DNA from: Orbicella franksi
Taxonomy: Eukaryota
DNA length: 64,000 bases
Reading direction: 5' to 3'
Assembly: GCA_964199315.1 (NCBI GenBank)
Contig: OZ116699.1
Coordinates: 12,524,001 to 12,588,000 of the forward strand
Of the stretch, positions 34,001 to 45,423 are shown piece by piece. Below the pieces are notes generated by a model. The model was given only the letters and a program-made list of their open reading frames with translations. It was not told the origin of the DNA and did not search any database. Every line of letters starts with the position of its first letter. The stretch's first letter is position 1. The translations under genes and the position numbers were made by a program.

Positions 34001-37000
34001 AGATGGCTGGCTTTTCATGCTAAAATAATTAAAAAAGTAAATAACTTTATGAAGTGTCAAATGTATTTAGTACTGTTCTGCTAATTGGAGACACTGTAAA
34101 TAAATGAACAAATAATATTTCAAATAGAACAGAAATTTTTAAGAATCCCAACTGGTGAGAGGCTGAGCAGTTGGCTAACTTCATTTTTCACGTTTCGTTT
34201 GGCAGATTAATGCTGTGCATTGTAGAGTGGCAGCACAAGTCCCTGAATATGTCAGCAAGGCAAAGCTAGCATGGTTCGGTTCCCACAACAGGCCTGAAGC
34301 TTGTCTTCCTCTCTTTCGTGAGGCTGTTAAGTCCCAAACCACTGCCAGTGTTCATCACATGTCACCGCAGTGTGTCACTGCAGCAAGGAACTCATATGTC
34401 CATGGAGTGTGCTTTAAAGACTTTGAAACTTTGGGCAGGTGCCTGTTACTTATTAGCATTAATATTATTTTCATTACATCTATCTGTTTTTAAGTGGTGC
34501 TTGCTGCCATTCACCAGTGAAAGAGCCAATGCCACCTGCATAAGGAAAATCCCATATAACGAACAACCTTTTCCGAACTCAGCAAATTTCTCTGACGTGA
34601 TATTAGCCCTTAAATAACTTAGAAGGAGGCAAGGCGTTGAATTTTTGAGCTCGATTATAACGGACAACTGATCAGTTAGAGGGGTTAACAAGTGGTGGCC
34701 CATGAAATCGTGGTTTTACCGAATCACATTATCAAACTGATACTAAGATTTCGAGGAAACGGTTTTTTCAAAACGTAGTGTTACGTAACTGCTCGTTTTC
34801 AAATTCAACGTGAAAATGAAGAAGTCGCGTAAGGAAAGTTCGCGCAAAAATATCTCGTCGGCGGTCTCAACAATACCTTTTAACAAGTACTTTATCAAAG
34901 GGTGGGTGGATAACGCTATCAACCGGATAAGTTGCTATTCAATTAAAAAAAAGCTTCTGCCGGGCTGATTTGTTCAGTTACTCAGCCTTTGAACCCGGGA
35001 GAGGGCAAACTGAACAGTACACATTCATTTAGAAAAGTAGAAAATATGAACGAAATTGATGAATCATGTCATATTGCTGTTTTGGCAGGTTCAACTCCCA
35101 GTACAAACATGCTGCAACACCAACAAAACCAGCATCACATGATATATTCAACTACCATCAGTCCTCCAGTGAACTGAAAACATGCAACTGGGGAAAAGAA
35201 CAAAATGTTCAGTGTAACTTGGTTTCCTCTGAAGTACCTGGAGCAAGTATCATACCAACGGACAAGTCTCCTGTGTGCAGTAAAGTGAATGAAAAGAAAC
35301 GTAAGCTGTGAATTGTTGTTGCCTTATTGTATTGTAAAAAGAAACACGTTATGTAAGTTACCAAAGAGAAACTTTGTTGATATATGAACAAATTATTCCA
35401 AGCATGCAGGATTTAAGCAATTTTTCCGTGCTTTATTAGCCACATCTAAACACGAGAGAATTTGGGAGAATTCGAAACAGTTATGTAAACCTGAGACGCA
35501 TGCTTTTATCAGAGATTTCTCAAAGGTACTCGCGAATCTAAAATGTCACAACCAAGTTTTCGTACTCTCATCTAAACCAGTGAGTGCAGGCGTAGTATCT
35601 CATTTATTTTATAAAACGTGCTTAGAGACCTCGGGGCCCCGTTTCTTGAAAGCCCCGGAAACTTTTCGGGCCCGTAAAGCCATTTTTAGTTCATCTGTAT
35701 CTAACAACAGAGAAGTGTATACGTCTGAAACTTTTTGTATGAAGGGAACCTCTGTTCATATTAAGAATACGTGAATAAAATAGCTCTGTAATCAAAATGT
35801 TCGAGTTTTTGCTATGGCTTTCCGGGTGCGAAAATTTTTCGGGACCTTCGAGAAAAGGGCCCCGCAGTCCCGGGTTGTTCGAAAAGTGGATAATGCTATC
35901 CAGTGGATAGCGTGGTTTGTTTTGTTGACTCTTATTCACTGGATAGCGAATTATCCGGTGGATAGCGTTATCCAGCCTTCGAAAAACCGGGGCCAGGGAG
36001 GTGAAGTTTGCATCCTTCACATTGTGTGAGAATAACCGTCGTTATTGTTGCCGATTTTGTGGTCTTTGTGTTTTTTTTGTTTTTAAATTTTTTCGTCCTC
36101 TAACTCCCTTCTAGTTCCTGACGCTATTTGTCCAAGTCTTATGGTGAAACATTTAACGAGAGAGGTAATTGAGAGCCATGCTTTCAGTTCAGGTCATTTC
36201 AGGCGAGGTGAAGGCTGCACGAAGCTCATCCGTAATGTTAAAAGTACCATGGTGGAAGATGGCATGCAATTTACCTGTCAATGTGAGTACGGTCTCCATG
36301 TGTGCTTTATCTAAACCGCTTTACCGAAATTGTTTTGCTGAACAGATTACTTATGCTGCTCTGCACATTGTGGCCGCTTTTCATCTGTCCAAAGAGTCTG
36401 GTTTCAATTTCCGGATACTCCCCTGTGATTGGGACATCATGTTTAGGTTCACAACCTTGTTTCAGTTACATGTATACCCAAATATTCGAATTGTTCGTTC
36501 CATTCAATTTTGCTCCCGTAATTTATGCAGTTTTCGGAATTCAGTGATTTCTATTTCGGAAATTCCGCAGTTTTCGAATTCTCTACAAACTTTCTCGGGA
36601 AAGTTTCTGTCCATTGGCTTCCATTCCTAGTCTACCGAATTTTCTTCACTGTACTTTGGTAAGCGTTTTTCAAAGAAATTTAAATTCGCGTAGGCTGTGT
36701 TAAGTTCCCAGCTATAGGATCTCGGCGCTCTTACATTTTGCTGTCAGTAGATCTTAGTTCAGCCATGTGTTAGGTGTAATTGATAACTGACGCTCTGGTG
36801 CTTGTGTTGCCGGTTTTTTATATCACAGCAATTGTTGTATGGGACATTTATTTCCTGGTATTTTTCTGTGCTGTTGGAGATGGACTGCTGATATTTTGTT
36901 TTCCCAACAGGTATCGGGTCCCAAGGTCAATTCTATGATGTGTCAGCAGTCGTCAGTCAGAAAGGTAGGTAAGCAAACGGCCATGTTAAGGTGATATTCA

Positions 37001-40000
37001 TCACAAGACCCTTTCTAAACAGATTAGGTGCAAACATCGGATTGGATAGGATTTCCGTTACTCTGTGACCTGTTATCAGTACCGCCTACCTCCTTTTGAT
37101 CCCATCGGGTGTTTAAAGCGACAAAAAACGAGATCCAGTTCTGGGAAGTGTTCCTCTGGACCGGCCCTGTGTGACGCATCCTACCTGATGGCGTCATGGC
37201 AATAGATTTACTCCCAAAAGTGTGCGTAATAGATTGTCGTTGATCTGGTGATCTTCCCTTTGAACTGCTCTACTCGTGTTTCAAAATGTTTCGTGTGCTG
37301 CGCGCCTTACCGTTGCCAACTAGGAAAGTTATTGATTAGTTTTTGACCCCTTTGTGACATCTTTTCGACAACTTCAGATGGCTTCCGTTTCAAATGGCCA
37401 ATCAAACTTGTCGCTGGTCTCGAACGTTCGCAGGTTGAGACTTTTTTAAATTCCCGCTAGAGTGAATGATGAATTTGACAATTTTACATCTCCGCCCTCG
37501 ATAGTTCCCATGTTTTGATTGGCCTACTCAAATAGAAAGTAGCAAAAAATTGTCAAAAATAGGTCAAAATTTAATAAAAAACTTCAAGTGGGATCGGTTC
37601 GGTGTAAGAACAATTTAGTGGCATCTCATTTAATGGTTTAGTGTATGCATCATCATTGTCATTTAGCTACCAAAGACGATCAAACTATGTGACAAAGAAG
37701 AGGTGTTATCTTCAAATATGGAAAACAACCATTGTTACTGTTGTAATTTTGTGGTCATTGTACTGACAGGTCTTGAACGAGCTGGGTGTTGTTGTGCTGA
37801 TCCCGCAAGTAAGCTGGGAAGATGTAAACATGCAGTTGGCTTGTTACTTTGGTGCAAGAATGAGAAAAACGTACGTTATCTTGAAGCTATGTTGGAGTTT
37901 TATGTTGCTCTTTCTGTAGACATTTCCTTTCGTTATTACTTGTATGGAGAACATACTCATCGTCTAAGGGCAATCAGTGCCCAGCGAAACGGCTGAAATG
38001 GCACTGAGAACATGATTATATCTTCTTGTTATTTTTTTGGTGGGGGGGAGGGGGGTTGAAGGACAGGGGAAGGGTTGGCAAAGCACCCGATAATTTCTGC
38101 TGCTACTGTGCTGAAATCTGATTTGGTTATTGCGGCTTTTACGTTGGCTTGAATAGAACTGTAATTGTTTCCAGATAAGAACTGTACTTGGAGATAAAGT
38201 GAATGTGAAGCTTGTTGTCATTGCAGATGAAAGAAATTAAGAAGGCCGTGCCTTCAAGCAACCTGGAACATGTGATTACAACAGCCGCAAAACGAAAGGT
38301 AGCAATGGAGCAGTAAGGTGTTACTCTTTTACATCATGTTTATCTTATTAGGTTGTTAACTTGCGTCGGAGAAACCACATAACCATTTGCCAGCTAATCT
38401 GATGGCTGCCCCATACGGTGATCACTACCTATAATCATCTTTGTCCATTCTTGAACCACTGAGAACCTCTCGCAATTTCTCCATCACACCGAACAGCGTT
38501 CCACTTTCAAAAATACAACCTATGCCACCATGGAAACTGGTATCTACAGTGTCAGCGACACTGCAACAAACGCCAACATATTACAAACGAGTAAGATCCC
38601 TGCAACAGTCAACTGAACATAACTAAAACGAACAAGAGAAAGCATTACACAACCTGTAACATCTGTGCTGGGTGATAAAGGAAGATAACGCTGGCGCTGC
38701 ATTGTAGACACCTTTTGCCATGAGAAGCATAAAGAAATAAGTTAGTACGTCAGTTTTCAGTATAAATAACTGCGAAAGGGCGTTGGCTACCAAACCCACT
38801 AAACCCACAACGCATGGCTCTGTGTTGCGTCCATAAGTTCAGGGTGTCTCTGGAACAATTAGCCGCGTATAAAAACAGCAGCAGATTCATGCTTGATTCA
38901 AGCCACAGAAAATTTCTATCAGCAGTCGTTTTGCTCGACCAAAGCAGCAGAAACCGACCGTCCATCATCTGGGGTAGCACACAAAATAAGTTGCAAACAG
39001 TGCAATTTTGTATGCTATGGCCAAACCGAACGATCACTGAAGACGCGGGTTCCCGAGCACAAAAAGGCCGATCATAGTTCTAAAGTTGCGCCGGGGAGCT
39101 ATGTCCACGATTGTTATCATCAGATGGACTCACACAACGTCAAAGTCGTCCGTCATGAGCCACACTGCCACCAGCGGCTTTTCCTTGAAGTTTGGATGTG
39201 GGAATGACCACATATATCCCAGAAATCTACAAATGCTTAGCACGCGCTTTAAGTTTTAATCTCGCGAAGGACCAGCTGAAGAGTTAGCTGAAACGTCTTA
39301 GTATCATCTACAAAATATGACTCAGTCACAAACATTTATCAGTTGTTTCAACGACCTCTTGCAAGCTATTACGATTATTTTCACTATATATAGGAAGCGA
39401 TATGTGATGTGTCTTCAAAAGGGAGGGAAGAAGAAGTTCCCTCGACTTTGCGGAAAGATAAATCATTGCCCAAATGGATTTCATCTCTAGCACAGGTAGG
39501 ACGTGCTATTATTGCAAAGTTATGTTACCTAAGTAATTATAATGGACAAGTTTACACACTACTTTACCGTGCAATTCTCACAACAAGTTTACCTTTCAAC
39601 TTGTCTTGTAGTCCGCTTCACACGACGGTGATCGAGTAAAGAGACCGAAAGCAGAAGGCACAGTCACTACACAACGCCAGAAGAGGTAATGAGAAGTGTA
39701 AGGAATCGATGTCTTCTATGTTAATCAAAGAAGTTACAATTCCCGTGTATTGCAGGTTCAAAACGAAAAAGAGCGCAGAAAGCACAGTGTATTGTTTGAG
39801 TCCAGAAGAACTGCTTCAAACAGCTCAGGAAATAATAGAATGGGTGAGAATCACTTTATGACTTAAGCCGACATCTTATGTCCAAGCAACTATTAACTAA
39901 CTGTTTTATTGCTTTTCTTTTTTCGTAACATTCATTTTGTAAAATAGTATCGTTCCTCCTCGAGTGACCACGGCGTCGACAAACACAAACAACAGGGAAC

Positions 40001-41791
40001 TGATCACAACAGAAGCCGATACAAAGACAGTAGACAGGTGGAACGGAGGTCTAATCAGAGTTCATACATAAAGAAGGAGCCTTATCAGAGAGTGTGTAAC
40101 AGGTACGGTGAAGCAAATGAACGAACCACCCAGCCACCCTCACTTTGCTCTCTTAATACCTGACGGAATCATCTTTGATTACATTCTTTAGAGCATTAAC
40201 TCCTAGCAGAGTTTGTTCACTGTAAAGTTTTTGAGTAGAGTCTTTTTGAAGTCCATAACCAACTAATTTCAAAACACAAGTACTTTGTGCAAGAATCTCA
40301 AATTTCGAACAAAATCATTCGACAATAGCTAGCTTACTAAATGCATCATCGCTCAGTGAACTTGGCTTGCCTAAATAAGCACGTTTTTGTAGATGATTTG
40401 TCGGCTGTCAGTTAATTTCAGTAGAGGGAATGGATGAACATGAAATTTCTCCTTTATTCGGCAATATACTTTCAAACAAACAAGTGATTGAACTGGTGAG
40501 AACAATTTGCCTGCGTATATTGCGTTGTTGTCCAAACCAATTTAGGGCAAAACTCGCATTGTGCCTAAAGAGCGCCCAAGCGAGAATCAAGTGACTGGAA
40601 TTGTTTACAATGTCGAGTGTAGATCGTGTTCGTTTGTATACATTGGCGAAAGCAAAAGATCTTGGAATTCTCGGGGGACAGCACAAGCCTGGCACAAGAG
40701 GAAACAATGAATCGGCAATTAAACAGCACGCGGAAACGACTGGACATGATATCTATCCCAACTATGTAGAAGTACTAGAGCGTGGCGTTACCAATCGACA
40801 AAAACGCTTATATCTATATGACTAGCTCCGTGAGCGGGCAAGATGAATCAAATCTTGCGCTGTGATTGCAAATCATGCAAATTACAAAATAATTGATTCA
40901 AATGTGATGACCTGGGCAAACGTCACAAAAATACACACTCCCCCATTTGCCAAACGCCATTTCCCCCATGACGAGCATACGCTGTACAAAGACAAGTTCG
41001 CGACCGGAAACGAAATTCATTGCTGACATCAACACCACTGCTTATGACCGCTGTTCAATTGTTGTTCGCTAACAAAAGCACGGTCAAGCATTGAATAGCT
41101 GTCGTCTCCGATACGCTGTTCTCAGAGCTGCATGTAATTTTTCACAATTAATTGCCAAAGCAAGGCCCGACGAGCACTATATTTCAGCATTTCGCCAGCA
41201 AGTCCTAGCAGTAACAAGCCGCCCATCAAGTGAATAAAACGGGGACACGTGCTTATTCCCGTGCTTTAATGAACTACAATTTGTGAAATAGGATCGACGC
41301 AAGTTCGACGTTTGTTACCACGCTGGAATTAAGTCGACTCTTTGTCGCACCTATTTTCAGTTTATTCGACGCCATTTGGATTCGACGTTTGCCCTACTAG
41401 GCCTAAGTGAATAAGAAGTAAGGATATCTGACGCGATATGCAAACTAACCTGAGTAGTTTGTTTGACTGCTTCAGCCATTTTCTTTTCTTTTGTAGAGAA
41501 AAACTGGATTCTTCTGTAAACACTGATGTTTATAGCGAGGAAGCAATTGTCAGAGAAAGCTGTCAGCAGTCTTTGTCGAACTGCCCAGATGTTGGTTTAA
41601 TAAGTGAAGTAATTCCTGAATCTGTTGCAATGAGCACACCAGAATGCTACTCTAAAGAAAATAACCCAACTATTCATGAACCACCCTCACGAATGAGAGA
41701 AGCTGATAAATGCATGCAGGAAACACAGCAAGACATCACTGACCGGGAGAAACATGAACCAGTTACATCAATACTAGACGAGTTTATTTAA
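28040..41791 (+). CDS. Uncharacterised multidomain protein: PNKP-type kinase-like + degenerate HAD-IIIA + SWIM zinc finger + CYREN/MRI-like C-terminus (about 833 aa, 21 exons)
   Basis: Phase-consistent, stop-free GT-AG exon chain: 28040-28081, 28165-28296, 30259-30336, 30465-30636, 30904-30980, 31784-31949, 32281-32339, 32872-32991, 33622-33693, 33827-33856, 34206-34438, 35089-35300, 36115-36282, 36911-36964, 37770-37870, 38227-38298, 39394-39495, 39612-39685, 39756-39843, 39948-40102, 41497-41791 (2502 nt). Motifs: GPPFSGK, GQSVVVDDDN, EEGFSKI, RPPNPG..IDL, AAGVKSIK, CCCAD...CKH, KSLPKW, TVYCLSPEEL, SILDEFI*. Confidence 0.8.
35633..35863. mobile_element. MITE, same family as 26896-27125, opposite orientation
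   Basis: GGGGCCCCGTTTCTTGAAAG...CTTCGAGAAAAGGGCCCC termini. The internal sequence is the reverse complement of the 26.9-kb copy. Confidence 0.75.
35870..35997. mobile_element. Second MITE abutting the first (TGGATA-repeat family)
   Basis: CCGGGTTGTTCGAAAAGTGGATAA ... TTATCCAGCCTTCGAAAAACCGGGG inverted termini with internal GTGGATAGCG repeats. Confidence 0.65.
38380..39290 (+). mobile_element. Degenerate Penelope-like element fragment (RT tail + GIY-YIG endonuclease)
   Basis: ORF 38893-39207 reads GVAHKISCKQCNFVCYGQTERSLKTRVPEHK...H.MD..NVKVV..E.H.HQRLFLE, a Penelope GIY-YIG pattern with decayed motifs. Confidence 0.75.
40490..40830 (+). mobile_element. Second Penelope-like GIY-YIG fragment, frameshifted
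   Basis: GIVYNVECRSCSFVYIGESKRSWNSR / HKPG...SAIKQHAETTGHDI...VEVLERGV.N..KRL, spread across two frames. Confidence 0.78.
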
Positions 41792-42264
41792 TGAATACTT
41801 CAACATGTACAGATTGTGTCATAACACAACATAATTATGATGATACCGTCACATTTTTCACTTATTTTTGTTTAAAGCAAACGAAGGAAAAAGAAACCAA
41901 GTGTGTTGTTTTGCTTTCTGAGGAGACAGTTATATTTGTCATACGCCGATACTCACCTGGACGTTCAGTTTATATGGTTTGGGAGATCAGAGAGTGTTGG
42001 CGGCGTTGATCATAGCAAATGGGGCTAGCACAGAAATGTCGGTTAAAATTGGCCTATTGAGGGTTAAGTAATGTTACTGCAAAAGGTCGTGTTCAAAGTT
42101 CGCATTATCCAGTTTCATCGTTGTGTAAAGTTTGTTATATTTTTAAATTAAAATCTTCTAGGATTTATCTTGGTTGTTTCTTGTTAAGCATGAGTCATAT
42201 TCCAAGGCCAATTCAGTCTCATTATCAGACAAAAGACAGTTTGTTAACAGCAATTGTTGTCAGC

Positions 42265-45200
42265 CTAAATTCCTTCATTTCCTGTTGTAATTGTGTGCCT
42301 TTTCGCATTTGGTTTGGAAATCTTTTCCTTTATTGTAGCATACACATCCTGTACCGGTCCTGCCCTCTGGACATTGTCCCTGATGCGATGAATGTCATTT
42401 CCCAGGGGTCTGTACAATGCTACAACTATGACGTATTTGCCGCTTGGACTTGGTGCTGCACCCATTCCTAATTGAGTGGTGTCTTTCCAAACCATCTGCG
42501 TGAAGTGCTTCACTTTATCGTTCAGCTCTGGATAAGAGAAGCTGAAAGCCTTCTTTTCACTGTACCATATCGTTGTCGCCTTCAGAGGCGCTCTCGGTAG
42601 GTCGTGCCAAATCTGAGCGATGTTCTCACCGACTGGCTCCCCTTGGAAGGTGGAAGGGTCGCTGGCTACAGATTCTGCTGTGCGCTGGGCTTGTTCAGCT
42701 AGGGTAGCATTCCACTGAAGAGGGAACACGTGATGCATCGCCCTGAGTTTGTTATGAGCCACCAGGGCTTCTTGAAATACTGCATCTGTTTTGATAGAGA
42801 ATAGTAATACATTTTCCTGTGTCACATATGGACTTCAGAACTAAACAAAATACAGATTTTCCCCTTCCATTTACCCTTCAAGCCCCAGTGCAAATGTAGC
42901 ATTTTTCTTATAGTGCAAGTTATGGAACCTTTCTACCTTCCAAAAACTCTGTTACCTCGTTTGTATCCCACAATTTAAAACTGAAAACCTCGATTCTCTA
43001 AATCGCCACCTTCTGTCGATACTTACTGCTGCCAGTGCTGCTCCTGTTACTGGGGGTGACACTGGTGATGATGTTGGTGGCCATGGTAGGGTTGGCCAAG
43101 GTGGTGGTGTTAGGAAGAGTTCCAGTTCCACTGGTATTTTTGGGCTTATCCTCCTGTTTAACGACGGCAATGCTGTCATTCTGAGGAGATTGGATGTTTC
43201 TGTTTTCATCATGCCTCTTCTGTTGATCTGCTTTTTCCTCGGCGATGTATATCTCGAGGGTTTTACGTGAAGCGGCTTTTGGTGGGTATCATGCACATGC
43301 AGGGGAAAAAAATTGAACAGAGTATGTCTATCTTTAAATGGAGATCTCACCCAGAGTTATCTTACTACCTCGAATGAACATCTAAGACACCTGGCAAACT
43401 TTCTCTTCGCGAAGAATATACTGGAATCTTCAGAAGCTGATTCACCCGTATTTCTTCCTTAGATGTATAAGCCGGACAGAATGGACTGTTTGGCTGACTG
43501 AAAGCTCCTGAATTTCTTAGTTGTTAATACTCCGACTAGTATCACGAGTACTGAGAGGGCGTTTAAACGAGTTAGGGGGGTAACAGTGGTGCAACACCTC
43601 AAACTAGCTGCGAGATTAGCTTCCTTGCAAAACGTGAGCCTCTCGGTAAAGTAAGTTACTAATTATTTCTATGCTCTCTCTATATACGCATTTGTCAACT
43701 GGACTGAACAAGGGATTATTTACGCAAGTAACTCACCTTCTGCAATGGACTCTTCTGGCCCGTATGCCGATTGCTTGTCATCTTCAGCCCCGACCAGTAA
43801 ACCTTTGTTCTTTAGCTTGTTCAACTCTTTTCCCAAAAAATGACCTATTATAGAATACAAAGTATCATATAATCAATACTCTAGACACATCTGTAGGAAA
43901 ATTTATGTTTTCTTTTAACTAAAAATGAGATTTAATTGAAGAACACTCTTCAGGATTTTACTGACCGAATCGAATATAACGGGCAAGGCCTTTCTCTGGA
44001 AGGAAAGAGTTTACAACTGTGTGCTCCGTATAAGTTGGACATGTTTTTATTGTAACCCACCTGGTCGCCTTCCATCTTGGATGATAAATTTGTCGTCATC
44101 CTGAGATTTGTATGGGCGCACAGCATCGAGTATCTCCTCCTTATTTCTCTCTCTTCCCGTTACTTCACTTAATATGTCTGTAGCAGGAGCTGACGTATCG
44201 TTTAATTCTTCCTCGTATTCACGTGTTTCATCAGTACCATCTGTAAATGCAACAAATCATCTTTGTGCGGTACAACCATCCCCGCCTCTAATGTGACGCG
44301 AATGGAGTAGTCCAAAGGCATTCAATGAACGTTTCTGATTACCATCTATACAATGGCTTTCCACTGACATAATTTCTTGGTACTATCGAGTTCACTTGAA
44401 ATATTAGTCTGCTTCTTAGCTCTCGGTCACTGTCCTCGTGAATGAAGGATGACGGATTATTTGCGTGGGTGATATGTAGGAGGGATGTTAAGATATAACC
44501 CTCAGGATTGCCTCCTACTTCAATTCCCCGAATGTTCCTTACACGAGATTGCCCTCAGTGGGGCCGATAAACAAAAGATATGAATCATGTGAATCTAGAA
44601 AATGAAAATGACTAGCAAATAGTTAATGTGCTAAAGAAATATCAATAAAGTCCTTTCAGAAGTGTCAACTTTAGAGGCTCGCTAATGGTGTTAATTACGT
44701 CGATACAGTTTATATACCTTCTGGAAGTGGCCTTTGAACTTCAATTCGCCTGTTACCTCGTCCAATCAACGGACTCAGAGATTTTGGTTTCTTTGTTAAG
44801 ACAACACCAGTATTGATCAGAACATCCGAACTCTTCTTTGTTGCATTTGCAATAAGTACGTGGTTTGTCCTAGTGTTGTGTGGACCCAGTTCTGCGTAGA
44901 GTTTCATAAATATACAGGATACAAACGTCAGAAAAAAGGCTCTCTCCAAGAGTTACAGGGATAAATGACCCTGCTACAATTGGTTTGCAATTCATGAAAT
45001 TAAAGGACCACTGTGAATTGCAGCATATAACCTAAGTGACATAATGAGATGAATTTTCACTTTTGTGTTATCTACACAGGCATCAACTACGACAACGAAG
45101 TTGTAACTACTTCTCGTGCAACACACCTCAGAGAATTTCCACGCAATGCCGTTGTTCTTCACGAACGATAACACGCGTTTTGTTTTGTACTTTTAGCTAC

Positions 45201-45423
45201 TTTTGGCTTATGGAATTAATAGCGACTGAAATGTACGAAAAAAAGACATGAAACGCAACTGTGATAAGCCTTTCTATCTGTTTAGGCTGGTTGTGTAACA
45301 GTATGGCTAGTCATTTGTTTCCCTTTCAAAGAACCTAAAATGTAACTCACCTTTTGCTTGTAACAAGACAGGAATAAGCAGCAACAGACTAACGCGTTTT
45401 AAATTAAGACGATTCAGTTCCAT
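42265..45423 (-). CDS. Secreted CAP (SCP/GAPR-1-like) domain protein, cluster gene D (about 434 aa, no TSP1)
   Basis: Exons 45423-45351 (signal peptide MELNRLNLKRVSLLLLIPVLLQAK), 44891-44718, 44240-44061, 43844-43737, 43275-43027 (AAG acceptor, less certain) and 42785-42265 (AHNKLR, GENIA, HFTQMVWK, VVALYRPLGN). All introns are phase 1. Confidence 0.82.

Noticed and set aside
42952-43350. 132-aa ORF MRSPFKDRH... with a PPWP stretch
   Set aside because: It is an alternative frame over a gene D exon. The frame ending at the strong GTAAGT donor (43027) fits the gene model.
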